Shown here: positions 1 through 6,327 of the stretch, in pieces
How the letters are laid out: each line of letters opens with the position of its first letter
Position numbering within the stretch: the stretch's first letter is position 1
NCBI RefSeq assembly: GCF_004765795.1
Contig: NZ_SBIV01000012.1
Span: forward strand, 54,464 to 74,463
Direction of reading: 5' to 3'
DNA: 20,000 nt
Source of the DNA: Halorussus marinus
Lineage (GTDB): Archaea; Halobacteriota; Halobacteria; Halobacteriales; Haladaptataceae
Notes under the pieces: model-generated
Told to the model about the DNA's origin: nothing
Seen by the model: the letters and a program-made list of their open reading frames with translations, nothing else
Databases searched by the model: none
Translations under genes and position numbers: made by a program

Positions 1-429
1 GGGCGAGAACGAGAACACTGCGTCGCCGGTTTCTCCGTCGGCGTTCCGGTCGAGGACTGCGTTTTCACCGTCCGGGAAGTGAATCGGCTCACGGCCGGTG
101 GTGGTGATCACGTACTGGCCGTCGAGACCGTCCTCTTCGAGGGTCGCCGTGCCCTCCGAGAGCGGGATCTGCGTGACGCGCGAACCGACGCCGTCACTGC
201 CGTCCCACTCACGCAGCTCGACGATGTCGTTGTTACCGACGTTCGAGCCACTTACGTCGACTTCGAGCGTTTCGCCGTCCCAATAGGAATTGGGGGTCGT
301 CAGAGTATCAGTTTGTTCACCGTGATTCGCAGCTGCTGAACCTGCGAAGGCGGTCGCGCCCGCGAAAACGGACATGACCATCAGCGCAGACAGCACCACA
401 CTGCGGATCTTATCGTTTGTTGTTGTCAT
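1..429 (-). CDS. csg: Major cell surface (S-layer) glycoprotein, N-terminal 143 aa; continues beyond the left edge of the window
   Basis: Hand translation from ATG at 429 gives MTTTNDKIRSVVLSALMVMSVFAGATAFAGSAAA-NHGEQTDTLTTPNSYWDGETLEVDVSG... with no stop to base 1. The signal peptide has the typical haloarchaeal surface-glycoprotein form (K.R...L.ALMV.SVFA....F.GSAAA). The mature part is acidic and Thr/Gly-rich, and there is a long leader. It could be a csg paralogue. Confidence 0.8.
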   Translation of the reverse strand, partial: MTTTNDKIRSVVLSALMVMSVFAGATAFAGSAAANHGEQTDTLTTPNSYWDGETLEVDVSGSNVGNNDIVELREWDGSDGVGSRVTQIPLSEGTATLEEDGLDGQYVITTTGREPIHFPDGENAVLDRNADGETGDAVFSFSP

Positions 430-544
430 GGTTTGGTTGGTTATTCGGTCGGCGACAGCACCTTTCCGGCGACCCTAGTTTCGTAACCCGGCGTTTCCGG
501 GCGCGGGCCGACTGTACTCGCTACTGCCACCATGGGTAGGGGTA
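430..544 (-). promoter_or_regulatory. About 114-nt structured 5' UTR of the S-layer gene
   Basis: Begins ACCCCTACCC about 27 nt downstream of the TATA-like box. Nested helices are visible: 522-531 with 451-460 (10 bp), 505-510 with 470-475, and hairpin 486-502. An A/C-rich stretch with no SD precedes the ATG. Confidence 0.65.
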
Positions 545-568
545 CAGTAGGAATCAACCGGCGGGTGT

Positions 569-582
569 GGTAAATACTTTGT
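569..582 (-). promoter_or_regulatory. BRE/TATA promoter of the S-layer gene
   Basis: Minus strand reads ACAAAG-TATTTA-CC within an AT-rich patch (571-592) in otherwise GC-rich DNA. Confidence 0.65.
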
Positions 583-968
583 GTTATCTTAACCGCCGAT
601 TCGGGCGTGCGAACCCCTCACACGTCCGGGTTCTGTAGAGAGGAACGACGTCGTTGTGCATCGTTTGCGCGCACGAAATGTCGCATGTCCCGGCCGAAAC
701 GGAGTGTTTCCGGTCGAGTGCCGGCCGCTGGGACACTCCCACGGTAGCGCGCCGTGTCGAGGCGAGCGCTCGGGCGAGCGATCGACCGTCGCGTACGAGT
801 AGTCAGCTCGGGGTCATAACGGTGCCTTTCGAGGGACGGAACGGAGGTAGAATGGAGCGTGTGCGGCGCGCGCTCGAATTCTGTCACGGCGTCCGATCCC
901 GACCCGCCGAGTCGCGGAACCGAACGGTCGATGGGTGCCCTGTCACTAAACCGGCGTCGATCGGTAGC

Positions 969-1727
969 TCAGTCCCGCGACAGCACTTCGAACTCGTGGC
1001 CGTCGGGGTCCTTGGTGAACGCGTAGCGGTCGTCGCAGGAGGCGGGGTCGCGATAGTCCTCGCCCTCGCGTTCCATCAGCGTCTCCCAGTCGTCGTGGAG
1101 GTCGTCGCTCCGGATCGCGAGGTGGCCCCACGCGTCGCCCAGCTCGTACGTCCGGCCGTCGTAGTTGTACGTGAGCTCGACCGCCATCGCCTCGTCGGCG
1201 GCGCCTTCGGGCTTCATGAAGTAGTTCGCGAAGGTGTCGGACTCCCACCGGCCGGTGTGTTCGTACTCCAGCTTACGGGTGAACCACCCGAGCGACTCGT
1301 CGGCGTCCTCGACGCGCATCATCGTGTGGTCGAGACTCCAGGTCGCACCGTAGTCGCGCTCGACGATCTCGACCTCGTGGCCGTCGGGGTCGGTGACGAA
1401 GGCGTACGATCCCCCACAGGAGTCGGGGTCGCGGTAGTCCTCGACGCCCTCGTCCATCAGTTGCTCGTAGGCGTCGTAGACATCGTCGACACGTACCGCG
1501 ATGTGGCCCCAGGCGTCGCCGAGGTCGTAGGTCCGGTCGTCGTGATTGTACGTGAGTTCGAGGACCGCGCCCTCCTCGTGAACGTCGGCCGGACCGAGGT
1601 AGACGTTGGTGAAGGTGTCGGCCTCCCAGCGGCCCTTCTCCTCGTAATCGAGGTGGTTCTGGTACCAGTCGAGGCTCGCTTCGAGATCCTCGACGCGCAT
1701 CATGACGTGGTCGAGCGTCGCGTTCAT
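969..1727 (-). CDS. Glyoxalase I / lactoylglutathione lyase-like VOC protein with two tandem domains
   Basis: Two homologous halves, each LDH.MMRVED...ELTYN.D.RTY.LGDAWGH.A...YAF..DPDGHE.E, with the H/E/H/E metal ligands; acidic composition. Confidence 0.92.
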   Translation of the reverse strand: MNATLDHVMMRVEDLEASLDWYQNHLDYEEKGRWEADTFTNVYLGPADVHEEGAVLELTYNHDDRTYDLGDAWGHIAVRVDDVYDAYEQLMDEGVEDYRDPDSCGGSYAFVTDPDGHEVEIVERDYGATWSLDHTMMRVEDADESLGWFTRKLEYEHTGRWESDTFANYFMKPEGAADEAMAVELTYNYDGRTYELGDAWGHLAIRSDDLHDDWETLMEREGEDYRDPASCDDRYAFTKDPDGHEFEVLSRD

Positions 1728-1793
1728 ACACGTAGACGTTGAGCCGTCCGAGGCGAAAAGGCTACTGTTCGCGGAAGCACCCCGAGCGGCGGG

Positions 1794-2210
1794 TCACCAC
1801 CGGAACGTCTCGCGCAGGTCCGGCCAGTGGAACCACCACGCCGCGGCCCAGAGCGCGAGCGTCCCCGACGGAACCGCGAGCAGGCCTCTCCGGGACATCC
1901 CCAACGAGAACCAGAGATGGCTCGCGCCCGCGAGAACCAACAGCCCGCCGGTTACGCGCCGATCCTCGTACGCCGCTCCGAGCCGTCCGAGGACGGCGCT
2001 CGCGACCGCGAGCAGGTACAGCCCGACGCCGACCGGCCACGCCAACAGTCGCCGGGGCAGACCGATCGTGTAGACCAGCAGGTAGTCCGGGAGCGTCGTG
2101 ACGTGAAACGGCGCGGTGCTCACCAGCCCCCACGAGAAGACCAGATCGCCGGTGGCGAAGACGGTCCACGGGAGCGCGGCCAGCCCGGCGAGCGCGAGGA
2201 CGCGACGCAT
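1794..2210 (-). CDS. Small haloarchaeal integral membrane protein (probably TIGR04206 family)
   Basis: 138 aa with about 4 hydrophobic segments. Its ATG directly abuts the drg stop (TAG-ATG). The family name is from recalled sequence style and the drg/VOC neighbourhood. Confidence 0.7.
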   Translation of the reverse strand: MRRVLALAGLAALPWTVFATGDLVFSWGLVSTAPFHVTTLPDYLLVYTIGLPRRLLAWPVGVGLYLLAVASAVLGRLGAAYEDRRVTGGLLVLAGASHLWFSLGMSRRGLLAVPSGTLALWAAAWWFHWPDLRETFRW

Positions 2211-3320
2211 CTACTTCCGGACGACCATCCGGAGGACATCCTCGTCGGCGAGCTCGTGGGCTTTCCCGACCTGCTGTTCGTCGTGTTTGGCGCTCGGACC
2301 CGAGACGCGGGCGAACCGGAACCGGCTTTCGAGGTCGCCGCCGAGCCGCCGGGCGGCGTCCTCGACGGTCGACCCCTTCGGGAGCACCAGCGGCTCGTCG
2401 TAGTCGACCCCGCGACCGGGTTTGTCCATGTAGATCCGCATCAGGCCGAGCTCCTCCCAGATGGTCTGTTTGAGCGAGTCGAGGCCCCTCTCCTCCTCGG
2501 CGGAGATGAAGATCGTCTCCTCTGGGTCGATGTCGTGGTCGCGCAGATCGTCTTTGACCGTCTCGACGTAGTCGGGTTCGATGAGGTCGACCTTGTTGAC
2601 CGTCACGATCGAGGGGATGTACTCGCGGTTGTCCATCACGCCGTCGACGAGCCGATCGATGTCGACCTGCTCGCGGACGGTCACGTCGGCGTTGACGTAA
2701 CCGTGCTCGCGCATGACTTCCTTGACGACGTCTTCGGGCAGGTCGAGGTCGACGCTCGACGTGACCCGGATCCCGCCCTTGCCCTTCTTCGAGATCTTGA
2801 CGCTCGGAGGCGCTTGATCGAGCCGGATCTTGTTCTCGTAGAGTTCCTCGCGGAGGCGGGCGTACTGGTCGATCTCGAACACCGAGAGCACGAACACCAC
2901 CAGATCGGCCGCACGCACGACCGACAACACTTCCTGACCGCCGCCCCGGCCCTGCGCCGCGCCCTCGATGAGCCCCGGAACGTCGAGCAGCTGGATGTTC
3001 GCGCCGTTGTACTGCAACATCCCGGGGTTGACGTTGAGCGTCGTGAACTCGTAGTCGCCGACCTCGCTCTCGGCGGCGGTCAGCGAATTCAGGAGTGTCG
3101 ACTTGCCCACGCTCGGGAAGCCGACGAACGCGACCGTCGCGTCGCCGTGTTTCTCGACGTGGTAGCCTTCGCCGCCGCCCGCGGAGGACTGGTTCTCGAG
3201 TTTCTCCTTTTTCTCCGCGAGCTTGGCTTTGAGCCGTCCGATGTGGGCCTCCGTAGACTTGTTGTACGGAGTCTCGGCTATCTCCTCGCGGAGGGCATCG
3301 ATTTCGTCCTCCAATCCCAT
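2211..3320 (-). CDS. drg: DRG-family (OBG superfamily) GTP-binding protein with C-terminal TGS domain
   Basis: N-terminal NKSTEAHIGRLKAKLA, G1 GFPSVGKS, G2 YEFTT, G3 DVPG, G4 NKVD, and a TGS tail ending HELADEDVL. Confidence 0.96.
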   Translation of the reverse strand: MGLEDEIDALREEIAETPYNKSTEAHIGRLKAKLAEKKEKLENQSSAGGGEGYHVEKHGDATVAFVGFPSVGKSTLLNSLTAAESEVGDYEFTTLNVNPGMLQYNGANIQLLDVPGLIEGAAQGRGGGQEVLSVVRAADLVVFVLSVFEIDQYARLREELYENKIRLDQAPPSVKISKKGKGGIRVTSSVDLDLPEDVVKEVMREHGYVNADVTVREQVDIDRLVDGVMDNREYIPSIVTVNKVDLIEPDYVETVKDDLRDHDIDPEETIFISAEEERGLDSLKQTIWEELGLMRIYMDKPGRGVDYDEPLVLPKGSTVEDAARRLGGDLESRFRFARVSGPSAKHDEQQVGKAHELADEDVLRMVVRK

Positions 3321-3343
3321 TGGGAGAGAGTGGGCCGCGCGCG

Positions 3344-3424
3344 CCGAAAAACCCTTTCCTTCCCGGCGGGTGGGTCGGTCTCGGCGGCCGCCGGGGAGAC
3401 GACCGAAAGATAACTCTTAAAACC
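3344..3424. promoter_or_regulatory. Divergent leaderless promoters for drg (minus) and rpl11 (plus)
   Basis: Minus-strand GGAAAGGG-TTTTTC (TATA-like box 3346-3351) lies about 26 nt from the drg ATG. Plus-strand CTTAAAA (3416-3422), preceded by CGAAAG, lies about 24 nt from the rpl11 ATG. Confidence 0.7.
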
Positions 3425-3445
3425 GCCGCGGGGGTTCGTACACGT

Positions 3446-3934
3446 ATGGCTGAGACGATAGAAGTGCTCGTCCCCGGCGGCCAGGCCGACCCCGGCCCGC
3501 CGCTCGGGCCCGAGCTCGGACCGACGCCCGTCAACGTACAGGAAGTCGTCAGCGACATCAACGACCGGACGGAAGCCTTCGACGGCACCGAGGTCCCCGT
3601 GACCATCACGGTCGAGGACGACGGCGGCTACGAGATCGAAGTCGGCGTCCCGCCGACGGCCGCGCTGATCAAAGACGAGGCCGGCTTCGAGACCGGGAGC
3701 GGCGAGCCCCAGAAGGACTTCGTCGCGGACATCACCATCGAGCAGGTGAAGACCATCGCCGAGCAGAAGCATCCGGACCTGCTGGCCTACGACACGAAGA
3801 ACGCCGCGAAGGAGATCGTCGGGACGTGCGCCTCGCTCGGCGTCACGATCGAGGGCGAGGACGCCCGCGAGTTCAAAGAGAAGGTCGACGCCGGCGAGTA
3901 CGACGACGTACTCGCGAGCGAAGCGACGGCCTAA
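3446..3934 (+). CDS. rpl11: 50S ribosomal protein L11 (uL11), 162 aa
   Basis: MAETIEVLVPGGQADPGPPLGPELGP...IVGTCASLGVTIEG. The true start is ATG 3446, not 3320 as in the ORF track. Confidence 0.97.
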   Translation: MAETIEVLVPGGQADPGPPLGPELGPTPVNVQEVVSDINDRTEAFDGTEVPVTITVEDDGGYEIEVGVPPTAALIKDEAGFETGSGEPQKDFVADITIEQVKTIAEQKHPDLLAYDTKNAAKEIVGTCASLGVTIEGEDAREFKEKVDAGEYDDVLASEATA

Positions 3935-4095
3935 CGCCCGACTGCTCGAAAAACGGGCGGACCGAGCTTTTCGACGTTTCGTCTTCACGGGTAGCGACGG
4001 TTCGGATAGCGACGCCTCGTTTAGACCGGGAGCGACGCGTTCGCCACGGAGCCCGTGGGAAGCCGACACGAACTGGTTCGTCGCGGTTCGACGGG

Positions 4096-4101
4096 TTTAA
4101 G
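4096..4101 (+). promoter_or_regulatory. TATA box of the internal rpl1-rpl10-rpl12 promoter
   Basis: TTTAAG about 26 nt before the structured leader that starts near 4127. Confidence 0.75.
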
Positions 4102-4126
4102 TTTCGCATCGCCATCGTTTCGGAAC

Positions 4127-4208
4127 GAGACAGGCGTCTACTGTCGTCCTAGACAGTAACCTGTTTCACTGACCCGTAGGAGCGTCCTGCGTACTACGGA
4201 GGTGAACA
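4127..4208 (+). promoter_or_regulatory. rpl1 leader, putative L1 autoregulatory RNA element, with SD
   Basis: Hairpin 1 is GAGACAGG(4127-34)/CCTGTTTC(4160-67) with inner TACTGTC/GACAGTA. Hairpin 2 is CCGTAG(4174-79)/CTACGG(4194-99) with an internal loop, and overlaps SD GGAGGTGA (4198-4205). Confidence 0.7.
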
Positions 4209-4847
4209 ATGGCAGATCAGGAGATAGAGCAAGCAGTCTCTCGCGCACTCGAGGATGCACCCGAGCGGAACTTCCGCGAAACGGTGGACCTCGCAGTCAA
4301 CTTGCGCGACTTAGATTTGAACGAGCCGTCGAATCGTGTAGACGAGAGTATCGTCCTCCCGTCCGGAACCGGACAGGAGACCAAGATCGTCGTGTTCGCG
4401 GAGGGCGAGACCGCCCTGCGCGCCGAAGAAGTCGCCGACGAAGTCTTCGATGGAGACGACCTCGAAGACCTCGGTGACGACGACGACGAGGCCAAGGATC
4501 TGGCCGACGAGACCGACTTCTTCATCGCGGAAGCGCCGATGATGCAAGACATCGGTCGGTATCTCGGTACGATCCTCGGCCCCCGAGGGAAGATGCCCGA
4601 ACCGCTCCAGCCCGACGACGATGTCGTCGAGACCGTCAACCGGATGAAGAACACGGTCCAGCTGCGCAGCGGTGACCGGCGCACCTTCCACACCCGGGTC
4701 GGTGCGGAGGACATGGGCGCCGAGGATATCGCCGACAACATCGACGTCATCCTCCGGCGTCTCCACTCCAACCTCGAGAAAGGTCCGCTCAACGTCGACA
4801 CGGTCTACGTGAAGACGACGATGGGACCGTCCGTGGAGGTCGCCTAA
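4209..4847 (+). CDS. rpl1: 50S ribosomal protein L1 (uL1)
   Basis: [21 protein letters not shown] and YVKTTMGP motifs; strong SD. Confidence 0.98.
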   Translation: MADQEIEQAVSRALEDAPERNFRETVDLAVNLRDLDLNEPSNRVDESIVLPSGTGQETKIVVFAEGETALRAEEVADEVFDGDDLEDLGDDDDEAKDLADETDFFIAEAPMMQDIGRYLGTILGPRGKMPEPLQPDDDVVETVNRMKNTVQLRSGDRRTFHTRVGAEDMGAEDIADNIDVILRRLHSNLEKGPLNVDTVYVKTTMGPSVEVA

Positions 4848-4848
4848 G

Positions 4849-5895
4849 ATGTCAGCCGAAGCCGAACGCAAGACAGAGACGATTCCCCAGTGGAAACAAG
4901 AGGAGGTCGACGAGCTGGTCGACCTCATCGAGGGGTACAGCAGCGTCGGCATCGTCAACGTGACCGGGATTCCGTCCCGCCAGCTCCAGACGATGCGGCG
5001 AAACCTCCACGGGAGCGCCGAGCTCCGGATCAGCCGGAACACGCTGCTCGAACGCGCCCTCGAGGAAGTCGACGAGGGCATCGAGGAGCTGACCCAGTAC
5101 GTCTCCGGCGAGGTCGGTCTCATCGGGACGAACGACAACCCCTTCGGGCTGTTCAAGGAACTCGAAGCCTCGAAGAGCCCCGCCCCGATCAGCGCCGGGG
5201 AAGTCGCCCCCAACGACATCGTCATCACCGAAGGTGACACGGGCGTCGACCCCGGTCCGTTCGTGGGCGAACTCCAGAGCATCGGCGCGGCGGCGCGCAT
5301 CATGGAGGGCTCGATTCACGTCACCGAAGACAGCGTGGTCGCCGAGGAGGGCGAGGAGGTCGACGCCGACGTGGCGAACGTTCTCGCGGAACTCGGCATG
5401 GAGCCCAAAGAGGTCGGACTCGACCTCCGAGGCGTGTTCTCCGACGGCGTCGTGTTCGAGGCCGACGAACTGGCCATCGACGTCGAGGAGTACCGCGCGG
5501 ACGTCGAGGCCGCCGCGGCTCGCGCCCGGAACCTCTCGGTCAACGCGGTCTTCCCGACCGACCAGACCGTCCCTACCCTCGTCCGGAAGGCCGAGGGCGA
5601 GGCCAAGAGCCTCGGTCTGGAGGCCGCCGTCGAGAGCCCGGACCTGGCCGACGACCTCGTGAGCGCGGCCGACGCGCAGGTCCGCGCGCTCGCCGCGCAG
5701 ATCGACGACGAGGAGGCGCTGCCCGAGGAGCTCAGCGACGTCGAGGCTCCCGGCGCGGGCGCCGACGCGGAGACTGCTGACGAATCGAGCGACGAAGAAC
5801 CCGAATCCGAAGACGACGCCGAGGAAGCCGACGCCGACGACGATGACGATGACGAGGAGGACGGCGGCGACGCGCTCGGCGCGATGTTCGGATAA
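4849..5895 (+). CDS. rpl10: 50S ribosomal protein L10 / P0 (uL10)
   Basis: [15 protein letters not shown] and GDTGVDPGP motifs; acidic hinge ending LGAMFG. Confidence 0.98.
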   Translation: MSAEAERKTETIPQWKQEEVDELVDLIEGYSSVGIVNVTGIPSRQLQTMRRNLHGSAELRISRNTLLERALEEVDEGIEELTQYVSGEVGLIGTNDNPFGLFKELEASKSPAPISAGEVAPNDIVITEGDTGVDPGPFVGELQSIGAAARIMEGSIHVTEDSVVAEEGEEVDADVANVLAELGMEPKEVGLDLRGVFSDGVVFEADELAIDVEEYRADVEAAAARARNLSVNAVFPTDQTVPTLVRKAEGEAKSLGLEAAVESPDLADDLVSAADAQVRALAAQIDDEEALPEELSDVEAPGAGADAETADESSDEEPESEDDAEEADADDDDDDEEDGGDALGAMFG

Positions 5896-5913
5896 CCCAC
5901 ACCACTACTACCA

Positions 5914-6255
5914 ATGGAATACGTTTACGCTGCACTCATCCTGAACGAATCGGACGAAGAGATCAACGAAGACAACCTCACCAACGTGCTCGACGCCGCC
6001 GGCGTCGACGTCGAGGAGTCCCGCGTCAAGGCGCTCGTCGCCGCGCTCGAGGACGTCGACATCGACGAGGCCGTCGAGCAGGCCGCGGCCGTTCCCGCGG
6101 GCGGCGCCGCCGGTGGCGCTGGCGCCGAGGGCGATGCCGAGGAAGCCGACGCCGAGGAAGAGGCCGAAGAGGAGGCCGACGAAGAGGAAGCCGACGAAGG
6201 CGACGACGAGGACGACGAGGCCGACGGCGAAGGTCTCGGCGAACTCTTCGGCTAA
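5914..6255 (+). CDS. rpl12: 50S ribosomal stalk protein L12 / P1
   Basis: [10 protein letters not shown]...[10 protein letters not shown], Ala/Gly hinge, acidic tail ending GLGELFG. Confidence 0.98.
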   Translation: MEYVYAALILNESDEEINEDNLTNVLDAAGVDVEESRVKALVAALEDVDIDEAVEQAAAVPAGGAAGGAGAEGDAEEADAEEEAEEEADEEEADEGDDEDDEADGEGLGELFG

Positions 6256-6274
6256 CGCCGGCTCGACAACTCGA

Positions 6275-6284
6275 TCTTTCTTTC
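6275..6284 (+). terminator. Oligo-T terminator of the ribosomal protein operon
   Basis: TCTTTCTTTC about 20 nt after the rpl12 stop. Confidence 0.55.
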
Positions 6285-6327
6285 GCGCGCCGACCGGCGA
6301 GTGGCGACGCCGTCCGGTCGGGCCCGC

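Noticed and set aside
79..339. Plus-strand ORFs 79-339 and 98-286
   Set aside because: Antisense shadows of the S-layer gene on the minus strand.
618..887. 89-aa minus-strand ORF in the csg-glyoxalase spacer
   Set aside because: GTG start, basic Arg-rich sequence, no motif and no haloarchaeal codon pattern.
654..3609. Long alternative ORFs (654-1742 +, 1762-3609 -, 1827-3413 +)
   Set aside because: Antisense or frame-shifted shadows of glyoxalase and drg; Arg-rich or Val/Leu-rich compositions are typical of high-GC artefacts.
3935..4010. Hairpins CGCCCG/CGGGCG and TCGAAAA/TTTTCGA after rpl11
   Set aside because: Probably an ordinary partial terminator region; too short to support an ncRNA call.
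5790..6240. GAC/GAG-rich repeats in rpl10 and rpl12
   Set aside because: Normal acidic hinge regions of stalk proteins.
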